Assembly: GCA_028534125.1 (NCBI GenBank)
Contig: CM052816.1
Span: 6,388,001-6,452,000 of the forward strand
Direction: 5' to 3'
Source of the DNA: Lama glama
Taxonomy: Eukaryota
DNA length: 64,000 nucleotides
The notes under the pieces were generated by a model, which worked only from the letters and a program-made list of their open reading frames with translations, ran no database searches and had not been told where the DNA came from. Of the stretch, positions 12,791 through 25,559 are shown piece after piece; position 1 is the stretch's first letter, and each line of letters starts with the position of its first letter. The translations under genes were made by a program, and so were the position numbers.

Positions 12791-13399
12791 TCTATCTTCT
12801 TGCAGAGAAGCAGAAGGTGCTTTAAACAATAATGGCAAGAAAAATAAAAATAAAAATAAATGCACAGAGCTAAACATTTTCTCCAAAAAAAAAATAAAAA
12901 ACACATTCTTAACCTCATTAACTGTCCAAAAAAAAATAGAATTGCTTTCATTTTTCTAGTTTTCTTTACTCTCATAAAGCTCATTAGCCAGCAATTATGC
13001 AACAAATATACATGAGAACGTAGCTACAGCCCTTGAGTTCTGCCTGGCTGCTGCGGTGTCTCAATACACAAATGAAGAAAAAAATGAAAACTCATATGAA
13101 AAACCATATAGTCAGTTTGAAGCCATAAGTGCACAAACCAGTTCAGTGTACTGTGATGAAATACTTCCAGAATGGAGGAAGAACATGTTAGCACCTGATA
13201 CATTTGAGAAAGGAGCAATGATTTACCATTCTAAATAATCATCACCTACAGCTAGTTTCATTTCCTTCTCCAAGCAATATTGTATCTCTCTAGATAAATG
13301 TTATCTTTTCTTGTCTTAATGGTTCAGGATCAGCATCACTACCCTGAATAACTTCTTATTGAAAATAGGTACAGTAGGGAAAAATAGGAACATCTGAAC

Positions 13400-13580
13400 A
13401 AGACAGATCTCTATCAAATCTCATTTCCATCACCTGTTAACTATGTAAACTTGGAAAAACCCCTTAACTTCCTTGGAAGGTTAGGATAATTTTCCTCAGA
13501 TAAATATTTTGAGCTTCACAGGCAATTTATGTAAAATATTTGGCGTTATCACTTGGCATACTGTGACCATTCAGCAAGTG
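13400..13580 (+). mobile_element. MIR SINE
   Basis: 'ttaactatgtaaacttggaaaaaccccttaactt...acttggcatactgtgaccattcagcaagtg'. Confidence 0.55.
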
Positions 13581-15164
13581 TCGTTTTTCAAATTCCCCCT
13601 TCTGGCTACACTGGTGGGAAAATGGGAGGCTGTCTGTCACGTATGGGATCCAGACCCTTCAAGTAAATGCTGCTTTGTAAAGAAGCTTCCTGTCTTGGGC
13701 TAGCAGAATAGTCCTCTAGTCCTTGAATTACAGGCAAGATGTGACAAAGGACAGTTCAAATTTAGGTACAAATGTCGTCGGGATAAAAGGGTGGGCTTGA
13801 GAACTGCACATGTGAGGTCTACTGTACCTGGCTTTCCTTGACAAACAGTCATGGATATACCCTTCAGCCTCAAAAAGGCAAGCTTTTTAGCCCTCCAACA
13901 TCCCAGCAGAGGAAGATACATACTTTAGTCTGGACTAGAGTGCCACATAGAATTGTGGACAGAACTGGCATCTTTGCCACGAGTGGACGGAGTAGCCCAG
14001 CATCCTAGGGCACCCAGGTTTTGTGGAATGATGCCTACTTCTCCCCATCACGTGCTCACTGTACACACCACTCTGCCCGGAGGGGTAAGAACAAAACCCT
14101 TATTTTTCACTGAGCTCAAGGCCCTCCTTTCCTTTCCACTGAGTCTGGAATTGGTGGGAAGTATCATTAAGATTTACTGTTTTTTAATTCTTTAATCTAG
14201 AGGGTCTTGTATTCCAATGTGAAGGGCCCATTCATTTATAAGAAGAAAGTTATTTTTAGTTTCAAATTTGGAACTACAAAATATGTCTCTGACCCACCTG
14301 AAATATCACCAAAGCAAATCTAGGTGACTCTGTGAACAAAAGCCTAAGTATCAAACAGTGTCTGCCCCCTAGCAGCCTTTGGCCCACACTCCCCAGTGCG
14401 CGCCCAGCCCTGCACACCGGGGGAGAATTCAGCCTTCAGCTAGCCTGGTTTGCTCCATCAGCTCAGGAAATGGCACTTTGTCTCCCCAGGATTTTACATC
14501 AAGGGGGCTGAATCCCATGTTTCTTGGGGCCCTTTCAGACCTGACTTGCATGGGCCAATGATTCCATTTGCTTCAGTTTTCTATTTTTTAATGTTTTTGA
14601 AGAACTTGGACTATCATCCTATTTGTTACCATCTCATCACCCTTTCTCCCACTTAATTAAGCCTTATAAATCAGTAAGTCTCTAAATTCGTCTCTTATTT
14701 TTTTCTTCAATTCCAAATTGGCTTGAGCACTTCCAGGTAAGTGAATTCAAGGACAGGGCTGCAGATTAAGATGTCTGTGGGCACATGATAGGGAAACATG
14801 CCCCTTCCTGGAGCATGTGGTTGAAGCTGAGCCCCAACCCCACCACCTCCTGTATATGGGCTGTAATAACCTGCACATGATATGCCAAGACCTGTCAAAG
14901 AGTATTAGAAACACAGGTGCGGGTGACTCTCCTTAGATGGCCGACCTGACTCCCCGCAGTGCGTGTAAGTCCTGACCAATCATATTACTTGGGAACTGTT
15001 CTTAAATATTGAAAGTATCTAAAATAAGTGAGAAGTGCTACACTTTTCAAAGCATTTGATTATCTGAATCGCTTTTTGTTTGTTTACTAACCCTGCACAC
15101 TTCCTAAACAGCCTTAGAATTAATGGTTACAGCCAGAATCTGTTTCGCTTACTCAAAAAACACA

Positions 15165-15370
15165 TAATGAATGCTGACGGAGCCCAACACTTTTACAGCC
15201 ATTCACTTGTTTAATATTCCTTAAGCACTCGATTTTGTAGGTACTACTGTCATCTCTACTTCATAGATGTGGAAACTAGGATGTGGAGAAGTTATAGATC
15301 TGACTCACATTTGCCCAACTAGCAGGTGGCAGATCAGGAATATGAACTCATCTACTGATTCTCTCTTCAA
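15165..15370 (-). mobile_element. MIR SINE
   Basis: MIR core: 'gtaggtactactgtcatctctacttcatagatgtggaaactagg...ttgcccaactagcaggtggcaga'. Confidence 0.75.
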
Positions 15371-16189
15371 CTACATCTAATCTTTTGTTAATCTTATCCA
15401 CTGGATTTTAAATTTCAAGCGTAGGTTCTATTTTTAGCTTTTATTTATTTAAATAAAATCAGCACAGTATGATTACAGATTCTTCTTCTTTTCAGATACT
15501 TTCAAGCTTATCTTTTTAAAAATAAACATACAGCCTAGTTGTTTTAGAATCTGCATGATGATTTTACTACTTGAAGTCGTGGGCACTCGGTCTCTACAGC
15601 AATTGTTTCTGCTGATTTCTACTCTCCGGGGGGTTACTGATCGGGGTGGTTGCTTATCTGGGACTGAGGCTTGGTTACTGGCTTTGAAAAGTTATTTTCA
15701 GGGATTTCTTAGGACCCAGAATGAATAAACATTCCTTCGAAGAGAATTTTCACTTCCTTTAGTCTGGAACCCAGAGACGGATAACATGAAAGTATTTTAA
15801 ACTAAATACATGGTTTGAAGAGTTTGGGAGCCCTGTTTACAGTATAAGGTTGGACTGGAATTTCACTGAAGGACCAGAATAGAATGTCCTACCCGTCAGG
15901 GATGGGCTGCGTTCCTGCTCACATCCATCCTGAATCACTCACCTAAGGCAGTGATCACCCAGCCCCATGAGGGTAGGTGGAAGACAATGGTTTACTCTGG
16001 TTGCCTCAGCTAGACTCACGTACAAATAGTGTTTATTAGATTGTACATCTAAGGATGGTCTTGACTTTTCATTTTCTTGCTCCCAAAGTTATCAAACACA
16101 AGCTCTTTTTCTTCAGCTGCGTTATTTCTTCTGGATGGGCAAGTGCCATTGGTGTAAAATGAACTTACATGCTTTTCTTACTACTCTGA

Positions 16190-16350
16190 GACCCCGTCAT
16201 TTCCTGGATCTTGGTCTGGTAATTTCCTCACCATCTTTCAATTTCACAGGTGTTTTAAGAAAAATTTTAAAACATATTGTGTCTTTTTAGTTGTCCTCAG
16301 TGGGAGACGTGGTCTGGAAAATCTAGCCCTTTATTCCTAGAAGCAGATGA
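16190..16350 (-). mobile_element. Old L1M/HAL1-type 5' terminus fragment
   Basis: 'tttttagttgtcctcagtgggagacgtggtctggaaaatctagcc...agaagcaga' resembles antisense L1M 5' ends. Confidence 0.45.
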
Positions 16351-16479
16351 TAGAAGGACAGTGGAGCTACAAATAATTCAGTGATGGTTCAGAGAAGATT
16401 TTTTTCATCCTACTCAGAAGACTTCATTATCTGACATAAAGGCAGTAAGAAGAGTGACCACAGGAAGCGTGTGGACTAG

Positions 16480-16615
16480 TTTTAGCTCTATTTTATGAAT
16501 GAGGCCCCTTCAGGCACAGAAGTTAAGCTAACTTCCCAGGATTACTCAGCTGGTGAACAGCAGAGCCAGGATAAAAACCCAGGCAGACTATCTACTGCGC
16601 CCACATTCTTAACCA
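16480..16615 (-). mobile_element. MIR SINE
   Basis: 'ttttatgaatgagg...aggcacagaagttaagctaacttcccaggattactcagctggtgaacagcagagccagga'. Confidence 0.7.
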
Positions 16616-18519
16616 TGACAAAGCCATGTTATCTTCCAGCTCTGTCCAGGCACAGATATGGGAATTGCTTTATTCCTCAGAATGTCTTGATATCTCACCC
16701 CATTATCTGGCCCTACATTATTTTTCAGTCTTATCTTGAAATGTTCCCTTGACAACTTTGTACTTTTACATTCTTCTCCTTTCAATGCCATGGTTGCCTG
16801 AACTGGTGTCTGCTTTAGTTCCTTCTACCTACCCAAATTTTCTCATTCCTCTAGTACCAGTGTGAATACCACCTCCCTAAGCCTCCCAGGGTGTAAAGCA
16901 GGAGGCACTTGGCTAATGCTATCCATCACATCAGTGTTACAGTGAAGAGAGTAAGGCTCTGACGTGGTTACCCCAAACTGGTACAGAGTCAGGCAGGATG
17001 TGGTTCCTCATCTCTTTGCCTCCAAAGCCTGTGTTCCTAACCACTGTCTTACATTCATCTCCTGTCTTTGAATATAAATGCACTTTTATGAACTTCCTGC
17101 AGCTCTTTCCACTTTACACCTTGGAGAAGCATTCTTTTAGGACATGTCTGACCTCTCCCACTGTACAATAAACACCCTGGGACACAGCATTATGTCTCCT
17201 ACAACAGACTGGCAGGATGTTCATGGATGGTAAGTGCACAATCTGCCTCTTGATGGCTGGACAGACTGTCGAATACAAGGAGGATTATTTCCCCCGATGA
17301 CTTACATTTGGCTTTTTTTTTAAAGAGTTTTTTTCAATGTTTAGTATCTCCTGTGTTTAACTACCTATTACTTTATCACTCTTGGTGAGATGCTCCATAT
17401 TAGCTTGATGTCAATGGATTTATGAAAGGACCTTCCGCGGTATTGTAATTACTGATTGTGAGATAAGCCCTGATTAGTAAATAATGATCTGAAAATTACA
17501 GAGACACTGTCATTGGTTACTGGGCACTCGGAAAGAGCCCATGGAACTTCAAAGAGAACTGCTGGTGTTTAATGAATAATGGAAGAATAATTTTAGGTCA
17601 TCCTTTCTGATATTAATCAGTTATAAATTTAAAGTCTTTAAAGTATGTTCGGTAACTGGCCAAACACTGCAAGAAGTCACATATCTAACAATCAAACTGG
17701 AAAAGAAGGCAGGCAAGGGGATCACAGACTGGGAGAACCGCTACAATGAAAATCTTTATGATCTGTTGCTACTCTGGTTATATTGTGTACATCATTATGT
17801 TAATCCTGCGGTAGGGCTCACCATAAACAGGTGAAACTAATTACTCAGCAGGGAGCCACAGAGCACTGGACTCTAAACTTATTTATAAAACCTTATGAGG
17901 TATCCTCTGAAACAGGAACTTGGTCTCTAATTAACACATGAGAGCAATGTGCCTATTAAATTGGAAATACAGCCATTTGGAGAGACATTTAGTTTAACAC
18001 ACTACTTCTCATCTTGGATGCAAAGATAACACCACCTTTAATTTTTCCCAGCCTCTAGTGAGGCTCTGGAGGATTAAAGGGTGTGTAAGCTCCCCAAGGT
18101 CACACTACAGAGTGAAAAAAGGTCCCCAGCGACGTGCCCCCAACAACGAGGAGGGACTGCCAATCCTTCTGCATATCGTGAGGCTTGTGGGCTGCTTCTC
18201 CATTCTGGACCTTGGGTTCCTCATCTTTAAGAAAGAATTTGGACCCAGTAATCTCTAAGGTTTATTCCAGCTCTAAAATTTTTGGCAACGTTGCACGTGG
18301 CATATTTTCATCAACAGGTGGTTCTTTTGTTGCTCTTCTTATAATAAACTCTTGTCGTAATAAACTTCAGACTCTTTTGTGACTAAGTAAACGGGCTTCA
18401 GGCAGAGTCAAAAGCGTGGGGAGAATAATGTATGTGTGCAGATTGTAATACAACCAGGCAAACTGCTGAGGGCTGTGATGGAACTGAGAGTACACTCAGG
18501 GGTACCAATGATGATGAGG

Positions 18520-18770
18520 ATGGAGATGACTAACATTTGCTGAAGGTTTACTGTGTTTTGGGCACTGCTCTTAGCAGTCTGGAGATAGTATTTTAATTGA
18601 TTCTCCAGACAATCCTACAAGGCTAGCACTATAACCACCCTCATAAAACGGATGAGGGACCTGAAGCACAGAGAAATCAGATAATTGTCTTAAAACCCAC
18701 AAAACTGTACAGTGGCAGAGCCTGGATTTGAATCCAGGGAGTCTAGCTGCAAACACTGCTCTCTTCACCA
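18520..18770 (-). mobile_element. MIR SINE (near full length)
   Basis: 'taacatttgctgaaggtttactgtg...ggatgagggacctgaagcacagagaaatcag...agtggcagagcctggatttgaatccagg'. Confidence 0.85.
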
Positions 18771-20389
18771 GGCCAAATTTTTGCCTCTTCAAAGGTGAGT
18801 GGTGTTTGAAACAATGTGAGAATTGTGATGGTGCTGTGAGGATATTATAGCACCCACCTATCACCCTGACAGAGTCCCGGAGACAGAGAGACACACAGGG
18901 ACATCAGTAAACATAAAGCAAATACTCCTCTTCTGTTTAGTGAACTTGAAAACACAACCACAATGCAAGGAAGCTCTGATGAATGGAGCTGGCACATACG
19001 CACTGAGAAAAAGGTTTAAGGACCCCCGACAACTGCCAAACTGTACCCTGCGTTCCTTAAGACCTCAGATCCACAGTCTCAAAGCATGAAAAAGAAGGGT
19101 ATCCTAGAAAGCTGGTCAGGTCACTCCCAGGAAGGCAGACCCCAATCCCAGTCACTCCTCTTCCGGGAAGAATACATCACAGTATAAAGAGAGAGCCACA
19201 TCTCGACACATCCTTTTGGAAGTAAAATGATTCCACTCTCAGCAAAATTATCCCAATAAATATCCTAGAATTTGGCCAATCAGATTTGTTTCCCTGGGGG
19301 CAGGGGCGCAGGATGGAAGAATGGGTGGGCAGAGAAGCAAAGAATTTCCTTTTCTTCCCAGAGGCTTGCAAATCCCAGTGCAGTGGGAAAATCCAGAAAG
19401 ACATACTGGTAGAGACAAAATCTGAAGTGAGCCCAGGATCTGTGTAGGTGATGGGTATTCCAGACAGAAAAGGCAATGTGCAAAGACAAACTGTGTGGCA
19501 AGCGAGAAGAACAGAGTCCTTACAGGGTGGCAGAACAAGGTAAGACAGGAAGAAAAAAAGCATGGAGGCTCCTTAGAGAAGACTGGATAAAGAAATGACT
19601 ACCTAAGATTTCTGTCTACGAATCCAATTGGAAGCTTGTGGGAAAAAAGGAGAGACGTGGAGAGAAAGAGCGTTGTCAAAATTTCCCTATTTCATTCTCT
19701 CTGACTAGCTATTGAAGACAGCTATCACAGAATCAGCCCGACTGCTGCCAGGCAGCCCTGTGGCTGGTTCTAAGCGCTGCGCTCTGGTCCCTTGAGGTAC
19801 CCCCCTCTTCCACTCTGCTCTCTGTCATGGTGAGAGGACATCCCCAAGAGGTCAAGTCGGATCTGCCTTCCTCCTTTGCCTTCCCTGATCACAAACTACT
19901 TTATTAAAAAGCTATTCCCTGAGTGCTTGCCTCCTCTCCTCAGGCCTGAATAAGCAGTGGTTGCCTCAGGGTGGTTCAGAAAGCAGCCCCCAAAGCACCA
20001 AGCATTTATCAACACCTTTCTCAGTAAATAAGAGCCAGGAAAACCCCAAAGACTTGCTATTCTCTAGCAAGCAGCAGGGACAGCCCAGTGTTTCCACAGG
20101 AGGGAGCAATTAAACAGAATGAGTGGCAAGATGACATTTTGAAAGTCAGACGGAAGACTTGGAGAGCCTCCATTATCAATCAGTGAGCAGGCAGCGATTT
20201 AGGGAGACAAAACAATTAGTGTGGGGGCGAAGGGCAGGGACTGGAACCACGGGTGGCGCTACTTCTCTGACTGATCATTCTTTACTGCAGCCCCAGAAAA
20301 TCTATATACATATCAGTCTTTGCAATGGGCAGAGGACCAGGGAGAGTTACAGCTTTTGGTCCTTTCAGCCTGAGAGTTAGAGTGGTTGA

Positions 20390-20740
20390 TAAATGTGAAA
20401 TCTAAAAAAAAAAAAAAAAAAAAAAAAAAAGAGACACGAATGAACTTACAAAACAAACAGACTCACAGACACAGAAAACAAGCTTATGGTTACCAGAGAG
20501 GAAAGGGCGGGGGAGGGATAAATGGGGAGTTTGGGATTAGCAGATATAAATTACAATATACAAAACAGATAAACAACAAGGTACTATGGTATAGCACAAA
20601 GAACCACATTCAATATCTTGTAATAAACTATAAAGGTAAAGAATCTGCAAAAGAATATAAAAACTGAATCACTTTGCTGGACACCAGAAACTAACACAAC
20701 AGTGTAAATCAACTACACATCAATTTAATAAAAAGAACAG
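20390..20740 (+). mobile_element. 5'-truncated young L1 3' end with internal A27 tract
   Basis: 'tgtgaaatct-(A)27-gagacacgaatgaactta...aaacagactcacagacacagaaaacaagcttatggttacc...aactacacatcaa'. Confidence 0.9.
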
Positions 20741-20854
20741 GCAATAAAATAAAACAAATGTATGACGTTACAACCAGGTGTCACAGAAGGAACCCGGAAA
20801 CTAGAGGCAGGTGTCTTGAGCTAGAATTCAGAACACACTATTTAGCAGAAGTTC

Positions 20855-21257
20855 AGGTTCTCAAACTGGCAACTTTTGGGCCAACTGCAAGCTGAAGGCA
20901 TATGTTGTCTAAATCACACCGAATTTTTAAACAGTTTGCATTAGGTGCTGGGAAACTGCATGTACTAACCTAGTTTTCCAGGCTCTCTTGGCAGCAGCTG
21001 CCTGGATCTTACTACAGTCTTCCAAATCCTCTTTCCATGGCCCTGATCACTCCCTACTGTTTTCCAACATTAAGTCAAGGTTATCTGCATTTATCATACT
21101 TGTAAGGGGCCTTTTTTTCCCCTTCATAGTTGAGAAATGTTCTCTATTCTCTTATTTTTAATACCATGTAGGAAACCGAAAGACCAAAAGAGCTGCATTT
21201 TAAAATAACTGACTCATTTACAGGATCTACCCCTACAGGCTTGAGAGCTTGTCCCTC
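20855..21257. mobile_element. Charlie8/MER102-like hAT element
   Basis: Starts 'aggttctcaaactggc...gggcc', internal 'cactccctactgt', ends 'actcattta...cccctacaggcttgagagcttgtccct'. Confidence 0.6.
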
Positions 21258-21269
21258 TATGGGAATAGC

Positions 21270-21510
21270 ATACATTACTGAACACTCTGTATGTTCCAGG
21301 GGTTCTTCTAGTCTCTGAATATTAACTTACTCAACAAAGTACCTAGCTACTATACAGTGCTACGATAATCTCCACTAGATCAATGAAGAAACCAAGGTAC
21401 TAAGACATTAGGTCACTTGACAAAGGTCACACAGCTATTGTGAGACTGGGCTCAAACCAAGATATCCTAGCTCTAGAATCTAGTTAGAGCCTCTCCGATA
21501 TACTGCTTCT
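21270..21510 (-). mobile_element. MIR SINE
   Basis: 'aatgaagaaaccaaggtactaagacattaggtcacttgacaaaggtcacacagcta'. Confidence 0.75.
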
Positions 21511-21594
21511 ATCATAGCAACCCAGTGGGAACAGAAAGGGTAGCAACTACAATGACCACTGCATGAATCCACGACATTAAAAAGCAGCATAGGA

Positions 21595-21810
21595 TATGAA
21601 CCACTATATACAAAACAGATTAACAACAAGGTCCTACTGTATAGCACAGAGAACTATATTCAATAGCTTGTAATAACCTATAATGAAAAAAGAATATGAA
21701 AAAGACTGTGTGTATAGATACATTGTACACCTGAGTAACTGAGTAACTATTCTGTACACCAGACATTAACACAACATTGTAAATCAACTATACTTCAATT
21801 ACAAAAAAAT
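21595..21810 (+). mobile_element. 5'-truncated L1 3' end with degenerate TSD
   Basis: 'caaaacagattaacaacaaggtcctactgtatagcacagagaactatattcaa...aactatacttcaa'; flanked by 'aaaaagcagcatagg' and 'aaaaatcagtatagg' (13/15 identical). Confidence 0.9.
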
Positions 21811-22081
21811 CAGTATAGGGCACCCTTCTACACTGCTGGTGGGAATGCAGTCTGGTGCAGGCATTATGGAAAACAGTATGGAGATTCCCCAAAAAACCAA
21901 AAACAGATTTACTATATGATCCAGCTATCCCACTTCTAAGCATATACTTGGATGGAACTCAAATTCAAAAAGTTACACGCACCCCAATGTTCACAGCAGC
22001 ACTATTTACAATATTCAAGACATGGAAACGGCCTAAATGTCCACTGACAGAAGAGTGGATAAAGAAGTTATGGTATAATTA

Positions 22082-22443
22082 CCATATGAGATCGCTCATA
22101 TGTGGAATCTAAAAAGAAAAAAAAAACATAAATACAAAACAGAAACAAGACTCATAGACATAGAATACAGACTTGTGGTTGCCAAGGGAGAGGAGGGTGG
22201 GAAGGGATAGACTGGGAGTTCAAAATTTGTAGATACTGACAGGCATATGTAGAATAGATAAACAAGATTATACTGTGTAGCACAGGGAAATATACACAAG
22301 ATCATGTGGCTCACAGTGAAAAAAAAATGTGACAATGAATATATGAATATATGTATGTTCATGTACAACTGAAAAATCTTGCTCTACACTGGAATTTGAC
22401 ACAACATTGTAAAATGACTATAACTCAGTAAAAATGTTTAAAA
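22082..22443 (+). mobile_element. Nested younger L1 3' end
   Basis: Flanked by an identical 'aaagaagttatggtataatta' at 22061-22081 and 22444-22464. Confidence 0.95.
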
Positions 22444-22927
22444 AAAGAAGTTATGGTATAATTATACAATGAAACACTACTCAGTCATAAAAATGAATAA
22501 AATAATGCCATTTGCAGCAACATGGCTGCACCTGAAGATCATCATTCTAAGTGAAGTAAGCCAGAAAGAGAAAGAAAAATACCAGATCGTATTACTCATA
22601 TGTGGAATCTTAAAAAAAAAAAAGACACTAATGAACTCATCTACAAAACAGAAACAGACTCACAGACATAGTAAACAATCTTACGGTTACTGGGGGTAAA
22701 GGAGGTGGGAAGGGATAAATGGGAGTTTCAGAATTGCAGATACTAACTACTATACATAAAACAGATTTTAAAAAAACAAATTTCTTCTGTATGGCACAGG
22801 GAACTATATTCAATACCTTGTAGCAACCTATAATGAAAAAGAATATGAAAATGAGTATATGTATGTATGACTGAAACATTATGCTATACACCAAAAACTG
22901 ACACAATGTAACTGACTGTAGTCTAAA

Positions 22928-22930
22928 AAA

Positions 22931-22973
<43 letters not shown>

Positions 22974-22975
22974 AT
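22928..22975. repeat. (TAAA)n microsatellite derived from the L1 tail
   Basis: About 11 tandem TAAA units. Confidence 0.95.
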
Positions 22976-24049
22976 ATTTTTTTTTAAAAAGTTAAGAGCA
23001 CCTTAAAAAAAAGAAGTACGATACATTCTCCTAGGAGGACATTTAGTGATGTCATATTAAAAAGTAAATGGGAAGCAAGGTGTCTTTAGCACAGGCATGC
23101 ATCCGAAGGGTACAAATCATAAAGCACATTTTTCTTCAGTTCTAAATTTACAGCTCATTTGTATCCATTATTTATGCTCAATTTCCCAAATTTTGTCTAA
23201 TGAACTTTTATTGTTATCATCAGACAAAATAAGAAGCTACATTCAACAAAACACTGTTGCTGCTGTAGCTTGGAAGATTAATTCCTCCATACCTCTCCAT
23301 CCTAAGTGTGCTGGACACTGAGTAGCAAATGGGATGAAAGTACCTACCCAGAGACCTCTGCAAAGGTTGGTCAGATTCCAGGATTCTGTTTTTTTTCCCT
23401 TTTAGTAGCAAATGGTTTGGAGGAGCATACATTTTAGGTGGGACCTGTATCGGTAATATAGAGGGCTAAGACCTGGAATTACGGTAATGACTGTCTGAAA
23501 AAATCCATCTTTCTCTGGATGTGGAATTACCTTTTTCTCCAGCACAAATAATTGTGACCACTCAGCCTACAACTAAAGAAAGAAAAGACCTTTCTTTGGG
23601 TATTTGGGACCGAGGACCTATTTCCAGATCTCCTTCCTGAGAAATGGCCTCTCAAACTGGAAAACAGCCTGCTATGTCCCACTCTCAGAAGTTTCTCAAG
23701 CAACCTAGAGTTGGCAATGCTATTCTTCCCAATCCTGTAGCCTTTGCTCCATTCCTTCTACACCCAACTTGGCCCCCTGATAATATACTATACATACCAA
23801 GCCTGATCCCTCAGTGCCAAGCCTGACACCTGTTTAGTATATAATAAATATGCACATGTGAAGGACAAAAAGAGGAACATGTTGTTCGTGTTTTGCAAGA
23901 TGAGAAAACATCTTCCCTACATATCTTTGCCTTTAATGATGGAGAACATGTAATTTTGGGGGCGGCAACTAGAAAAGAGGCTAGAAGTTCCTGGGTTCTA
24001 ATAAACCTGCAAATCTTAGACAATGTTTAATTAATGAAAGTGCTGTTAG

Positions 24050-24652
24050 ATATTTATACAATGGAATACTAATCAGCCATAAAAATGACAACATAATGCC
24101 ATTTGCAGCAACATGGATGTCCCTGGAGAATGTCATTCTAAGTGAAGTGAGCCAGAAAGAGAAGGAAAAATACCATATGAGATCGCTCATATGTGGAAAG
24201 AAGAAGAAGAGAGGAGGAGGAAGGAGGAGGGAGGAGGAGGGAGGAGGAGGAGGAAGAGGGAGGAGGGGGAGGGGGAGGGGGGAGGAGGAGGAGAAGAAAG
24301 AAGGAAGAAGGAGAAGAAGGAGAAGAAAGAAGGAGAAGAAGGAGAAGAAAATGAACTTAAATATAAAACAAAAATAGACTCACAGACACAGAATACAAAC
24401 TTGTGGTTGCCAGAGGGGAGGTGGGTGGGAAGGGACAGACTGGGAGTTCGAGATAGGTAGATACTGACAGGTATATATAGAATACATAAACAAGTTCATA
24501 CTGCATAGCACAGGGAAATATATACAAGATCTTGTGGTAGCTAATGGTGAATAAGAATATGAAAATGAATATATGTATATTCATGTCTGAAAAATTGTGC
24601 TGTAAGCCAGAAACTGACACAGCATTGTAAACTGACTATAACTCAAAATAAA
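24050..24652 (+). mobile_element. Young L1 3' end (ORF2 terminus plus 3' UTR)
   Basis: Peptide 'MPFAATWMSLENVILSEVSQKEKEKYHMRSLICG'; 3' UTR very similar to the 22082-22443 copy. Confidence 0.95.
24195..24351. repeat. Pure purine (GAA/GGA)n compound repeat inside L1
   Basis: About 155 nt of only G and A on the + strand. Confidence 0.95.
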
Positions 24653-24879
24653 ATGCATTGGAATTGACATTTTCTACTCCCAATGAAATCATGTCACCTG
24701 ATGGGAGTTTATGAAACAAAATTAAACCAAAAGGTCATATGTAAGACATGGGCATCCCTGACCCAGAATTGGGGCAAATTAAAAAATATCATCTCTTTAA
24801 TGCTAAAGACAATTCTAAAGAAAAAGAGAAAGAAGTGAGTTAGGAGAAACCTGGATATATTTGGACTGGTTAAAAAACA

Positions 24880-24990
24880 GTATAGGAAAATATTCTGAAA
24901 AAAACCTATACATATAACAGAATGACTTTGCTATAAACCTGAAACGAATGTAATATTGTAAAACAACTGTACTTCAATGAAAAAATAAGT
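24880..24990 (+). mobile_element. Short L1 3' terminus
   Basis: 'tataacagaatgactttgctataaacctgaaacgaatgtaatattgtaaaacaactgtacttcaatgaaaaa'. Confidence 0.8.
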
Positions 24991-25559
24991 AAAGCAAAAG
25001 AAACAGGTGTATAGGAAAGAAAAAACCCAACAAAACAGTGGGAAGAAGACCTCACCTCCCACCTTTGGAGACCAGCAACGTTTGACTTGAAACTTGTTCC
25101 CAGAAGCCTTCCCAGACCACACATGTAGAATTCTGTCTGCTGCCCTCAGGCTCACACAGCTTCTGCAGCTCCGTTGTAATACCTCTACTATGTGTCCTTA
25201 TCTATCTCTACCATAAGCTTGTAAGCTCTGATTCTATCGCACAATTGTCTATCTTCAAACGTGACACATGCTACAAACAGAGATTAAAGAGTGAGGATTG
25301 CAGCTTGTGCTTTTGACAACTGCTGGGTTGAAAGAAACAGCAAAATTATCTGTCTAGTCCAGATGTCCAAGCCGCTCTAAAGTGTTCACTTGGCAGTCAC
25401 GGAGGAGGGGAGCCACGTGCAGAAAGAGGGCTGCTTTGGAGGATGCTGGTCTAACTGCACCCGTCTCTCTGCCAGCGGCATCTTGCTCTGCTAGCAGGAT
25501 GCTTGCTTGCTGTGGGCTGCTGACTACCTTCCCAACCCTGCACATGTTACTTCTGCCCT

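Larger units (their letters stand above)
21817..22975 (+). mobile_element. Young L1, ORF2 C-terminus plus 3' UTR, with a nested L1 and a (TAAA)n tail
   Basis: The ORF track gives L1 ORF2 C-terminal peptides 'LWKTVWRF...YDPAIPLL...PMFTAALFTI.KTWKRPKCP..EEWIKKLWY' and 'IMPFAATW...IILSEVSQKEKEKY'. Confidence 0.95.

Noticed and set aside
14690..14742. Pyrimidine tract followed by ttccag|gtaagt, resembling a recursive splice site
   Set aside because: The tract is separated from the AG, there is an intervening AG, and repeat orientation suggests this contig is not transcribed on +.
15555..15615. Possible C/D-box snoRNA (ATGATGA ... CTGA)
   Set aside because: No properly spaced terminal stem, no clear C'/D' boxes and no recognisable rRNA/snRNA guide; such motifs occur by chance.
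21855..22699. ORFs with clearly protein-like sequence
   Set aside because: They are L1 ORF2 C-terminal remnants from truncated copies, not host genes.
24096..24460. Arg/Gly/Glu/Lys-rich ORFs
   Set aside because: Translation of a purine microsatellite inside L1.
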